A DNA stretch of 64,000 nt from Trichoplax adhaerens (lineage: Eukaryota > Animalia > Placozoa). Shown piece by piece: positions 1-11,515 of this stretch. The notes beneath the pieces were generated by a model, which ran no database searches, had not been told where the DNA came from, and saw only the letters and a list, made by a program, of their open reading frames with translations. Numbering within the stretch: position 1 is the stretch's first letter; every line of letters begins with the position of its first letter. Position numbers and translations under genes: made by a program. The stretch lies in the NCBI RefSeq assembly GCF_000150275.1, contig NW_002060949.1, positions 5,203,006 to 5,267,005 on the forward strand, in the 5' to 3' direction.

Positions 1-3000
1 AACTGACAACATTATCTAAGATGGATTCCGAAAATGATCAAGTTATTGAGAAACATATAAAAAAAGTTAGACAAGCTAGTACGAGACCTAAGGTAAATTT
101 CAAAAGTGATCAGCCTAAAGAACAGACAAAACTTGATCATGTAGTTACAAAAGTTAGGATGGATACCGAAAGTGATCAGGTCAAGGGAATGCAAACAGCT
201 TCAGATCAAGTTACTGCTAAGTCTAAGGTGAAATCCGGAAATGATCAAGTTAAGAGTAAACAAACAAAATCCGATCATGTAATTGCAAAATCTAAAGTGG
301 AATGCGAAAATGACCAAGTTAAGAAAAAACTGATAAGATCCGATCAAGCGATCACAAAATCGAAAGTGGAATACGAAAATGACCAAGTTAAGAAAAAAAC
401 AGTAAGATCCGATCAAGCAATCATAAAATCTGAAGCCAATATTGACAAGAATCAAGTTAAGAGAAAATTGGTGAAATTTAAAGCGGATTCCGAAAATGAT
501 CAGATTAAGAAAAAACCGGCAAAATCCCAGCAGACAAATATAAAGTCTAAAGCGGAATCTCAAAGCGATCAAGTTCAGATAAAGCATACGAAATCTGATC
601 AAACAATTGCAAAACCTAAAGTAGACTCTAAAAATGATCAAGTTAAGGGAAAATACGCAAAGCAAGATCAAGTAATTACAAAAACTATAACTGATCCTAA
701 AGATAACAGAGTCAAGGGAAAAAAAGATTTACGTGACGGTGGTTAGTCAACTGATATTTTAATTGAATTTTTTAATTCGGTTATGTTATCTGAAATATCC
801 GAGAACTATTTGTGTAACAAATAATTTAGACGTTATCTAATTGTAGGATTTAACTATAAGTTGTTAAAAATGTACACATATCATACATAATAGGGAGGAA
901 ATCTGTGAAAACTACAGGGGAGCTGCATTACGATAGTCCTGTCAGGGAAAACATCTACAAAGCTTTCCGAGATATTTTGTCAAAGGTTGCGGAAAAAATT
1001 GCTATCCAAATGAGTGTCGTCAGTAAACTGTCGAAAGATATCGAGGAACAATTATTTAATTTGTTTAATGACACTGGGTCTCGCTATAAAAACAAGTATA
1101 GAAGTCTATCGTTTAATTTGAAGGACGAAAAAAATAAGGTAATATTCATTCTGAGTACTATTATCACTTTCGCTGTAATACTTATAACATTAAGTAGAAA
1201 AGTAACTCATATTTTTGGTACAGGCTTTGGTCGAGCGGATTTTGCACGGTGATATATCGCCTTCTAAGCTTGTCAGGATGACCTCTGAAGAACTAGCAAA
1301 TAAAGAACTTGCTCAGTGGAGAGAAAAGGAAACCAAAAAAGTATACATGTAGTCATAAAATGTTTATCAGTGATAACTCTACGATATCAGTACTATATAA
1401 TTCCTGTATTTTATGTTATTATTATTTAGAATATTGAGATGATCAAACTGGCACAAACGGAAAATGTTGTTACCGTACTAAAGAAAAATCATAAGGTAGT
1501 TAGATATTATAAAATTTTACTTGTCACCAGTTTTAAATTTAATTATTTTACGTATATGATAGGGGGAATTCGTCGTAAACGATGAGAAATTTGCTCCATC
1601 TGAGGTAAAGGACGATCATTCCGCTATATGCAGTAATATTTTTAGTACGCGGATGATAGTATTGAGGCAACGTAATGGTTACACATTTCGTAGTATACAT
1701 TGACTATCGTACTTCAGCCCAATTGGAGACTGTTGAATATCCCATACTTAAAGTATATTTGCTATTTTAGCCTACAGAGCCGATAAGAGCTTCATCAAAC
1801 AGTGATAGTGACAATAAAATTGATACTACAGTTAATCACGACAAACATGTCTTCGATGTTGACTGCAAGATATGCATCGGTCGGATAAAACCAAAGCATG
1901 AAGTTCGAATTAATACAGTGAAATCAATAGAATCAGATATTTCTGGCCCATCTTTTAGCGACATGTGAGTGATTTCTTAATTAATTAACAGTGAGTACTG
2001 TAGGCACTTTTAATGATACTTCAAAATTATTTAAACGAAACTATAGGAATCTTACAGCCATGACAGAAATAAATCAAGAACATGATGATAATGACGATAA
2101 TGATATCTTCTACAATGATGGCAATGAAGAATATATGAAACTGTTAGTATTATTCAGTAAATTTAACTGCTACTTTTTCACTTGTAATTAGATGATTTAC
2201 TTTTGGCTCACAGTGATAAACTGGCTATGTTAACATTAGTTTATTGTAAGATTGCCGGTTTCATCTTTTTTATTCCTATATCCTCAACAGGGACGGAAGT
2301 GAAGATCAGTCAATACTAAATAGTGATATTGTATGGTCTGGTATGATTTCCATGCCAGGTATCGCAGAGTTTACGGCTTCGGCATACATTGCTCATGGTT
2401 TAAGTGAAGACGTAATAGAGGTAACCACAAAGAAATGGATGATACATTTAATACATATTTATGGTGTAAATTTGCACCTGTAGTAAGCAAATTCTTAAAA
2501 GATACATGGCTATCACACCTCTGAATGTATGTTTATTGCAAATTTCTAGCTATTACCTTCTACTCTGATGGTTCATGGAAGACTATCTCTGGCTACAATG
2601 TGGAACTACTATGAAGAAATCTCTCAGTTGTATTCTAAAGTATTATTTTATATACTTTTCCTAGTTTTATATCTTTGTCATATCTGTTGTGAATGATTTT
2701 AGTGATTTCGAAATATTTTCTTTCTATAGGATATCTTTGTGTTGCGTATAAAAACTATTAACAGCGATGAGCTTGCTGGCTATATTTCATTGCATTCGTA
2801 TCTAAGTACAAAGAGCCGATGTGCAGTTATTGGTAATTGTCCGAAAATTGTAAAGGATATGTACTTAATTCCTGTTACCTCCAATTGTCCGCTACCAGGA
2901 AGTTTTAAAGGACTTCTAGATTCCAGTAAGTTTGATTTTTCATTCTGATGTAATTATCGTTTCATTACATCTTTATAATCTATTAAACTGAATAACGCTA

Positions 3001-3843
3001 ATTTGTAATGTAGGTATATTGCAATGTGAGCGATGTATGCTTGCCATGATCATTAGTCACAAAAGGGATCCTGTACAGAACATATCTACTTCGCCTACTA
3101 ATATCCAGACAAGTAGTAGGGGCATTTCATCAGTAAATGATGATGCTGATGCTGATGCTGATGATGATGATGATGATGATGAACCTTATGATCCAGGTGC
3201 TGCATTACCATATGACGATGAATACGATGAAATGGCTAACAAGGAAAGGGAACTAGACGATGATGAAGTCGCATCCCCACCACCTATCAGTTACCCATCG
3301 GAAGTGAAAATAAATGTACCTAGCGAAATTGAAAGTCAAAGCTCAAATACTTTTGAACTAAATAGGCCAAGTAGTGATAACGAATTACGTAATTTAGGAA
3401 ATGAGTTAATAAACGAACGAAGTTTGCCTAGCCAAGAAGAAATTTGGAATCGCAATGAACAAACAGATTATACAAGTTATGATGAGGGTGGTATGCGTTC
3501 AGATTTTTCAGATAGAGGACGACAATACATGAATGAAGACTTTAGACCTGTTGATAACGAATATCACCATCCTTCCGATCATTATAGTATGATAGATAAC
3601 AACCAATTTAGACCACCTCATCCACAATGGCGAGAATCCTTTGTTCCACATCGGTATCACGATTTTGTGCCTCATCGTGCTGCACAGCATCCTGAATATC
3701 ATGGTGGAAGGATGGGACCTAATTTTCATCCAAATTTCGATCGTCGTCCTCCCTATCCTGAAATGATCGACCGTAATAGATGGCCTAGAGCTATTGCAAC
3801 ATATCATCGGAGGAATCGTGGTGGCAGAGATAGGCGATTTTAA
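1..3843 (+). CDS. PHF3/DIDO1-like TFIIS-M + SPOC domain protein, multi-exon, probably 5' partial
   Basis: Spliced exons (approx. <1-741, 894-1138, 1224-1340, 1430-1495, ~1563-1604, 1771-1964, 2291-2420, 2550-2639, 2730-2925, ~3014-3843) encode a TFIIS central domain (YKNKYRSLSFNLKDEKNK-ALVERILHGDISPSKLVRMTSEELANKELAQWRE), the KNHKGE and DTTVNHDKHVFDVDCKIC motifs, a SPOC domain (VWSGMISMP...GYISLHSYLSTKSRCAVIGN...KDMYLIP) and a low-complexity P/H/R tail. Confidence 0.9.
60..735 (+). repeat. Coding tandem repeat, ~69-bp / 23-aa unit, about 9-10 degenerate copies
   Basis: Units such as SDHVIAKSKVECENDQVKKKLIR / SDQAITKSKVEYENDQVKKKTVR / SDQTIAKPKVDSKNDQVKGKYAK in ORF 21..746. Confidence 0.85.
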
Positions 3844-5560
3844 TTATATTTGAATAAAGGAATATTAAAAATTGATTGACCATAATTATTATTGCCTTTA
3901 GTTAAAATGTTAATAATACTTTTTCTGTATCATACTTAAAAAATTACGCTATTGTGCGTAGTTAGATTTTAATTTTCGGTAGCCATTTATCGATCTATCT
4001 TGTTGGTAGAGTTGTAGGATGGCAGTCTTAGAGATCTCTTAAGTACACGGATAATACTTTGATTCGGTAATTTTTTAAGCAAGTTATTCAATATAATACT
4101 TGCATTACAATTTTATAGCACTTTTATTATGATGGAGGTATTTTAACATCCAAGAGGGAATTCATTGCTTGAATGAGGGAAACGATTTTCATCCTTATAG
4201 GCTGTTAGTTGAGGCTACAAGCACAGTAGCTGCAATTTACCCTCGTATTTCGAGAATTGCATTGGTTTCGTAGAAAGTAATTCTATCTTCTGTATTTGGT
4301 TGAACGTTCATAAAGTTATTTGCTTAACAATTTTATTTGCTAAACATGATGATAAACTTGTAATAATTAGTAACGATCTTTTATGTACACTCATAATAAT
4401 ATAAACTTAGTACTCGCTTGATTTGGCTATATTGACCGATCTACGAGTTGTAGTACTAACAGTGTTGTAGTGGAAAATCTTTTCCGATAGTACTATCGGT
4501 TACTACTGTATAGTTCACTTTATTGTGCAGTAATAACAGTGCACAAAATTTGACGTAAATCTAAAGCGTATATGCGATAATATTTATATGGACTATATCT
4601 GATTTCTATCTTCGTCATTGTTGGTGTTGTAGCTTGCTCTATAAGATAAACCGGTTTACAGTGCCGTTGTACTAGAGTGAATATATTTCCAACTTATCTC
4701 CTGTTTTAAAAGGCTATAAACTAAGACACTGTCGTGGCAAAACGGTTGCTTATATATAATTATCGGTGCCCGTATACGTTGTAGATAATAAGCAGTGTCT
4801 TAACGTCATTCAATGAGATCCATTTTTTTTATTTGTATCTGTAAAATACAGAAGAATACCGCTATATACGTATACGATATAAAATTTCTTTTAGATGTAT
4901 CGCTATAAGATGAGAAACAGCAATCGCTACTTCATAATTATTTAATGTTGTATTAACTATAAATCCGTTTGGATTTAACGTTGTAATATTCTTCATGAAA
5001 TAAAGAAGAAACTGTATTTAATTTTATCATCTATATTAAAGGTCTGTCATTTCGCGAATGAGTTTAATTTAATCTCTAAGTTTGCATGTATATGTGTATG
5101 TCCTTTTAATCGTAACCATTAATGTATATACAAGAATTACGTATATACGTATTTATCTTTGCCTAGCATATAGCAGTATACCATAACTCAATCGGAAAAT
5201 AATTTCTGCTCTTCGTTTACATTTTATTATGTAGATTTATAATTTGCCCTATTACCCTAATTCTATGTACTTTAATTTAAGTGAAGCACACTTTTATAGT
5301 TTATACATGGCATCTATTGTAATATATGGAGAATAAAGTCCGCTAGGAAATATACTACCAGAAATTAGTCACTTAAAGATAGTTATGAGTGTACTGTATA
5401 AAAGCAGGTGTTTAACATGGCCTTGGAAACGCAAATTTTTATGTATCAAGAAATGCAAAACCATATTTTAGGTAAAATTATAACAGCAATTTTTCTTGTC
5501 ACAAATGAAAATTTTAGCTTTATTGATTCAATACAAATGGATAAGTAGTAATTAGGCATG

Positions 5561-6948
5561 TTATTCCTTCTTGTCTTGAAAGAATCTTCCTAAAAATCCC
5601 TTCTTTTTTTTAGCGATTTTTTCTTGATTTTCTGATTTAATAGAATTAAAGTTTGACAAATAAGAATTAATTATATAATTATACTACCAAAAAAATATAT
5701 ATATATACACATCCATCATTGCCAGTCAGGCAGCACCTATTACTAGCATGTTCTCATAAGCTTCTATTTTGTATATAGCATACTAGCATAGCCAGCATAT
5801 GTGCATGCTATGTAAGTAATAGAATCAGGACGATATGGCAGCGACAACACTCTTTAAACTATGTCAAAGTTCTAGATCGATACTATATACAGTCGATGCA
5901 AAGGTTCTGCTCTAATACATATCTATGAAATTAAAATGAGTTTATTATTGTATACTTCTATGTGCGTCATACCTGTTGATAATAAATATGAATATTCTTT
6001 GGTTAAATTACCGGTGAAACTAGTATTTTTCTTCCTACGATACTAAACATAATCAATATATAACATTAGATCATTTTTTAACTAGACCATTTCCTCAATG
6101 TATATTCGTATGTTAACCTTATTGCTTCAACTATTGTAGTAAATGTTATGAAATAGGTATAAAAATGAGTTCAAATACAAGGAATGTGGTATACGTATAG
6201 TAATAACAATGATAATTACTTTTCTGGAATTAAAAACTCAGTCTTGGTAGTAATACTGGTGAATATTGCCTTAATGTTAACATTGAAACTGATGTAGCTA
6301 TTTATCACGATGCGTTTATATTATATTTAATTGAATTCATACTCATTTTTACCTTTTGATAGTAGTAATTAGAATTTAGACGGGTTAAGTTGTTGATGAC
6401 TTGCAATGGATTTTTCAGCTAAAGAGAAACGGCATATTAGATCAAGTCTATTATTAGGACAATACTGGTAGGACAGGATGTTAATTAAAATTTATTTCAA
6501 TCCCTGCAAATCCATTGCAAACTGCAACAGTACTTCCATCCTGAATGGATTTAAGAAGAGTCGTTTTCTGTACTGAGCTAATCAATAAGATTGCTATGAT
6601 GTTGTAGTAAGTACAATTGATTTTATGCAATTGACAAACCTACTGGAATATCAGCAAACACACTTTCTACGTTGTAATAGGATTAGCAGTTGAAATAGAT
6701 TCATCAGATACAGTATATACTCTTATCTATCAACATACAAATTAATATAACGCGTTTGCATCGCAATAGTCGATCAGTCCAGTAGATCGAGTACGGCGAT
6801 GTTGATTTAGCATTCTAACCTTATCATTTTGCAAATCTTGACCAATACGATCACGTAAAACAACTGCTAAATCTCTACCAGGTTTGGTCTTATCGATCGG
6901 CCATTGTTGCATGATCTGATTAAATTTACGTAATAGTTTAGCAGACAT
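5561..6948 (-). CDS. UQCC2: Ubiquinol-cytochrome c reductase complex assembly factor 2
   Basis: Four exons (6948-6820, 6418-6353, 6042-5973, ~5631-5561) give MSAKLLRKFNQIMQQWPIDKTKPGRDLAVVLRDRI...LTRLNSNYYYQKYRRKKNTSFTG...LLST. These match the UQCC2 WPxDxxKxGRDL and LxRLxSNYY motifs. Confidence 0.9.
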
Positions 6949-7310
6949 GGTAAGCACTGGATCAATCTACAATCTACCGTTCACTAATTATATTATTAAT
7001 GGGGAAGAAATGATCATGCTGCTAGGCTACTAGCACTGCTGTAAAATCATCGCTCTCGATATGTCGGTCTTGATTTTTGCAGCGAGCACACTAGAAGTCA
7101 GAAATTGCCTATCTTCATGGTCATCTCTCTTTGCTTTTTCACTGCAACCATACACCATACTGAACAAAATCAACATGGCAGCTACTGACAAATCTTCCGT
7201 CCATGGTACAATACAGTACAGTACTATAGACTGTAGAGTTTTGTACTGTACGCTACGGTCCACAGATTCAAAGATTCAATTCGGCGGCAAGAAGCATCAA
7301 AACAACCAAA
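6949..7310. promoter_or_regulatory. Putative bidirectional promoter UQCC2/IQCC with inverted ACAGT/ACTGT motifs
   Basis: 362-bp gap between divergent ATGs; tacagtacagtac...gtactgtac at ~7214-7251. Confidence 0.6.
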
Positions 7311-9826
7311 ATGGCTTCGCATATTGATCCATCGAAGGCTGCCATAAGAATCCAGGCAAGCAATCTATTAATGTTATTATACAGTGAAATGACACAGTTG
7401 TCATCTATTACGATAGTAGACTTACATATTAGGAATTGGTTATTTGCAACATGGTTGAAATTGACGTTTAGTAAAATACATAAAACATGCCTAAAGTTCA
7501 ACAAGATGCTGCAAGCAAACTAGGAGAACTAGCGAGCACCGTAGTATTCTATAGCTTATGAACTTGAAACAAACTAAAATGAAACTTTTAGCTAGTAGAT
7601 GTCATCTCCCTTAAATATCACTTTTATAGCCCATGTGTAACCCGTGGATCGAATCATTCTTGTTGATGTTGTACATAACATACTTAGCATATTGACCACG
7701 ATTAAAGGCTATGAACCTATACTGTAGGCGTGAACTAATAAACAGTATCATGATAACACATAGAAGGGGGTCTCATAGGGATAAACTTTAGCTTTACTAA
7801 GCATTGATCGACATTTTGAAATCATAAGACCAACTGCTGTACGACTTTTTGTGAACTGTGCTACTATCTCGGTCAAAGCTAAATCAATACTTTGACAATT
7901 TTTGTAAACATGTATGTGTACGTACGTTTACATTCTATGTAATATTGACACATACTGTACTGTATTAATTATTGAATTAGAAGTGTATATCTCCCTTTTT
8001 ATAGGCTGCTTTTCGTTCATACCGCGTGAGAAAAAAATTACAACATGTTCGCCGCGAATTGGAGGACATAACAACCGATCTTGATTCCGGATATGTTGCT
8101 ATAACTTGGACAAAATCTAACTTACCATGTAATCCATTATTTCATTCCAAAAAATCGACAGATTCGAGGTCAGATAATGAACTACATAAAATTTGAAATA
8201 CTGTTGTTAGTTCTTACTACCAGATTACTTTTACGTATCACTTTACCCTTATCGTATATGTATATGACTGGAAGCAATACAGTGTCTATGTTTATGATTG
8301 TATGCTCGTATATTGCATCTTACATTTCTCCTGCCTTGCAGTAAACTTTTGCCTGTAACCAATAGCCATGACGATAGCAATCTAACAAATAAATTATCAA
8401 CTATTGATAATGATATCACTGGTAAGACTTTTTACATAGCTGTTGCTTAATATAAAAACAGGGGGTAAATAAATATAACATTTCTAATTAATCACTACTG
8501 TCTTAACAGACGATCTTGAAGAGGAAAATGATCTGCTAAACATATACGTAAATTCAAAAGTGAAGGGAGAAAAAGAAAACAATGATACACTATTATCAGA
8601 AGGGTCTAGTCCTGGCAGTTCTCCAGACGATGCTAATTCGGAGAAATTAAAAGATTTTGATGTTATTCCAGAAGCAGATAGCACGACTAAAACTAGTATT
8701 TTAATCAAAGAGTCTTCGAGCAACAATGCAAGTTCCGAGAGTGATACTAAATTGGAGAGCGTTACCCTATCTAACATAAAAGAAAAGGAACATAAAGATG
8801 GAGATAACAACGATGAAACAATGACAACAAATATCCTATACACGGAATCCAAAGAACGTGGTGAGCTCACACCTGAAACATCGCTTGATTCAGCGAATGA
8901 TGAGGAGCCGAAAGAAGATGATGTTGCAAATAATAATAATAATAATGGTAACAAAGAGATATTATCCAACACCGAAAGTCAGATTTCATCCGATTGTCAT
9001 CCATGCGATAATTCAATCCCTAAAGGTATAGTAAGGCTTTTACTTAAATGACTTTGAATTTTTAATGTACTGCAATTATTTTCCATTTGTAAGGAAAAAT
9101 TTTTGTAAATTTCGTTCAAAATTCCTATAGGTAGAAATGAAGATGACGCACCCCAAGCGATGGAAGATCAAGATAGGATTCCTAATGTTGAAAATGAAAA
9201 GGCATATAACAACGATGCTAATCATAACAGAAATGTGGTCAACAATCCAGATCTAGAGAGTAATGATCCGATGATAAATCCTAACAATGACTTTAAAGTA
9301 CCAACTCCAACGTTGGTGCCAACACAAGATAATAAAATAAATATTGCTTCTATTAACGATTCCTGGGATATGATTGGTAATATGTCATATATAAATCGAA
9401 GGGAAAATGTGGAGTATGGTTAGTAAGGAATAATGCTGTTTTCGAAAATTTAAGCAGCGCTTATTGATAATAGACTGCACGGTTGACAGTATTTGAAACT
9501 ATTTTTATACTAGATAAGTATCCGAAAGATATGAATAGCCTTCTAAAGTTACGTCGTGAACTAGCTACAGAATTACTCTGGATAGAACAAGCGATTTTTA
9601 GTAGAAAAAATGTGAGTATACCTAAGTCACCTCTTCAGTTTAGCTATTAGGAAGATGTACAGTACTTCAACGAAATGTATGTACAAATTTTTTAAATCTC
9701 TATAAGAATTGTGCATCGTTCTTTAGACCATACATGATCTCTTCAAATATCATAATGATGCTTTTTCTTTATCAGTGCTTAAAAATTAAAGCTCGATGTC
9801 GAAATGACGAGATATTTCCAGAATAA
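7311..9826 (+). CDS. IQCC: IQ domain-containing protein C
   Basis: Exon 1 7311-7355 (GC donor) joins exon 2 at 8005 to give the IQ motif AAIRIQAAFRSYRVRKK...TWTKSNLPCNPLF. Acidic middle exons follow, then C-terminal LRRELATELLWIEQAIFSRKN, matching the IQCC LAMELLWLQQAINSRK motif. Last exon 9776-9826. Confidence 0.85.
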
Positions 9827-9848
9827 ATTAAAGATTAGAATCATTGGA

Positions 9849-10929
9849 TCATACCCTACCAACGGACCAACCATTCAACCTATAAAGAAATTTCTACTCA
9901 TGATCAATTTTTGAGCCTGGCTTATATATCCACAAATTTTTGTATTTTCTGTATATACTGTACATACTGTATGCCAACGATGTTGATCGGTTGACAGTAG
10001 GATTGATACTGTAAAATTATGCGTGCAATGAACATTTTTGTACTTTTGTTCTATATGTGAAATTGCTGATTTTGCTGCTGATCTTACTGCTCCTTCATCC
10101 AAGTTTCCGAGTAGGGATGATAACCCTTCAGGCTGTAGGGTATTTATAAGCTTGCTTGAATAGCTGATCTACCCAACTCAAAGTAGTTTTACTTTAGTGG
10201 CAATACGTGATATTCATGGTACATATTAAATGCTCCATTTTTAGGTCACTAGATACACCATGATTTTATATATGATATAATATATGTCACGATATCATGT
10301 TGTACTGTAGAGCATAATTTATATAACATATACAGTATACTGCCGGCAATATTTCTATGTTATATTGATTTTGATTTATTTATTTATGATGTCAATGTGT
10401 CATCTTTGATATATGTTTAATGATTTTATATATAATATTATAGTATCTCTAGATCTGTATATAGTATAAATGGATATTGTCAATATATCATCGATGCATC
10501 TTTAATAACATTTTTCGACAATATTGTACAGTATGCGTACTATACAGAGTATCATTTTATGATGTACACCTTTGGTGTTTTCTGTCAGTAATTAATTCAT
10601 TAAAATAATTAATAAAACAATTTTATATACGCTATACGCTATAGCATGATTGAAACATGGCCGAGTGATCGTCTCATTTCACCGATAGAATACCTTATCA
10701 CAATAAAAAATGAGAATTATTTCAGCTTGTGTTATGATAATTACAAGATTATTCCATAGTAATGCCGATTCCATGATGGGCACATATTTTATCAAATAGA
10801 TGCTATATCAACGGAATATTTTACCAATATTAATTGATTTATTATGGCATGCAAATGTTATTGATCACATACGAAATGCAATCTCGCAAGACGATAGCAC
10901 ACATCATGGAACGATCGCCGTGCTGCCAT
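9849..10929 (-). CDS. Putative small orphan protein (62 aa), 4 coding exons including a 12-nt micro-exon
   Basis: Exons 10929-10873, 10581-10570, 10132-10044 and 9879-9849 are bounded by GT/AG and phase-compatible: MAARRSFHDVCYRLARLHF-KTPK-PEGLSSLLGNLDEGAVRSAAKSAISHIEQK-LNGWSVGRV*. No homolog recognised. Confidence 0.45.
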
Positions 10930-11129
10930 GAAGCAGCTAAACATAATAATATCATATAGACATTTTTGTAACACGATTGCATTAGTACGATCACTCTAGA
11001 CTCGGTAGCCACTGTCAATTTAAACTGCTATCCTAATTAATACCATCAATTTTGAATAAATTGCATGGAAAAGTTGGATGAATACCTTCAATTCTGTAGT
11101 ATAGTAGAGTACTTTTAGTACCTCTATGG

Positions 11130-11400
11130 CCGTACAGTACTATGGTAATTCGTAAAGGCTTCCAGTAGTAGTCAGTACAGTACTGTACAGTACAGTGCAG
11201 TAACGGACCACTGGAAGGAAACCGGTTTTCTTCCGACTACAGTGTACAATACATTCACACAACTCCGTCGAACTGTACACTGTACACTGTACGGTACTGT
11301 ACCATTGATACCGTTACAGTTTTCCAGTACTGTACTGTACTGTACCATAGCTGTAGTCAGTGTACCGTATCAGGTGGTACTACCACCAGTCAAGTCCCAC
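11130..11400. promoter_or_regulatory. ACAGT/ACTGT pentamer array around a 22-bp palindrome, upstream of TMEM241
   Basis: CAGTA-rich run at 11162-11202, palindrome ggaaggaaaccggttttcttcc at 11213-11234, TACTG-rich run at 11272-11345. Confidence 0.6.
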
Positions 11401-11515
11401 CTGTCGCCATTCACCATACTGCAAATGGCTTATAGCAATGTATCTTCAAAATATGGCGCAATGCTTGAAGATTCTAACCTGAAATAGATGAAGTTTATTG
11501 CTTTAAGACTTCAAA

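Noticed and set aside
201-671. 156-aa minus-strand ORF (also 8484-8972, 22007-22465, 3508-3807)
   Set aside because: Antisense shadows of low-complexity or repetitive coding exons on the other strand.
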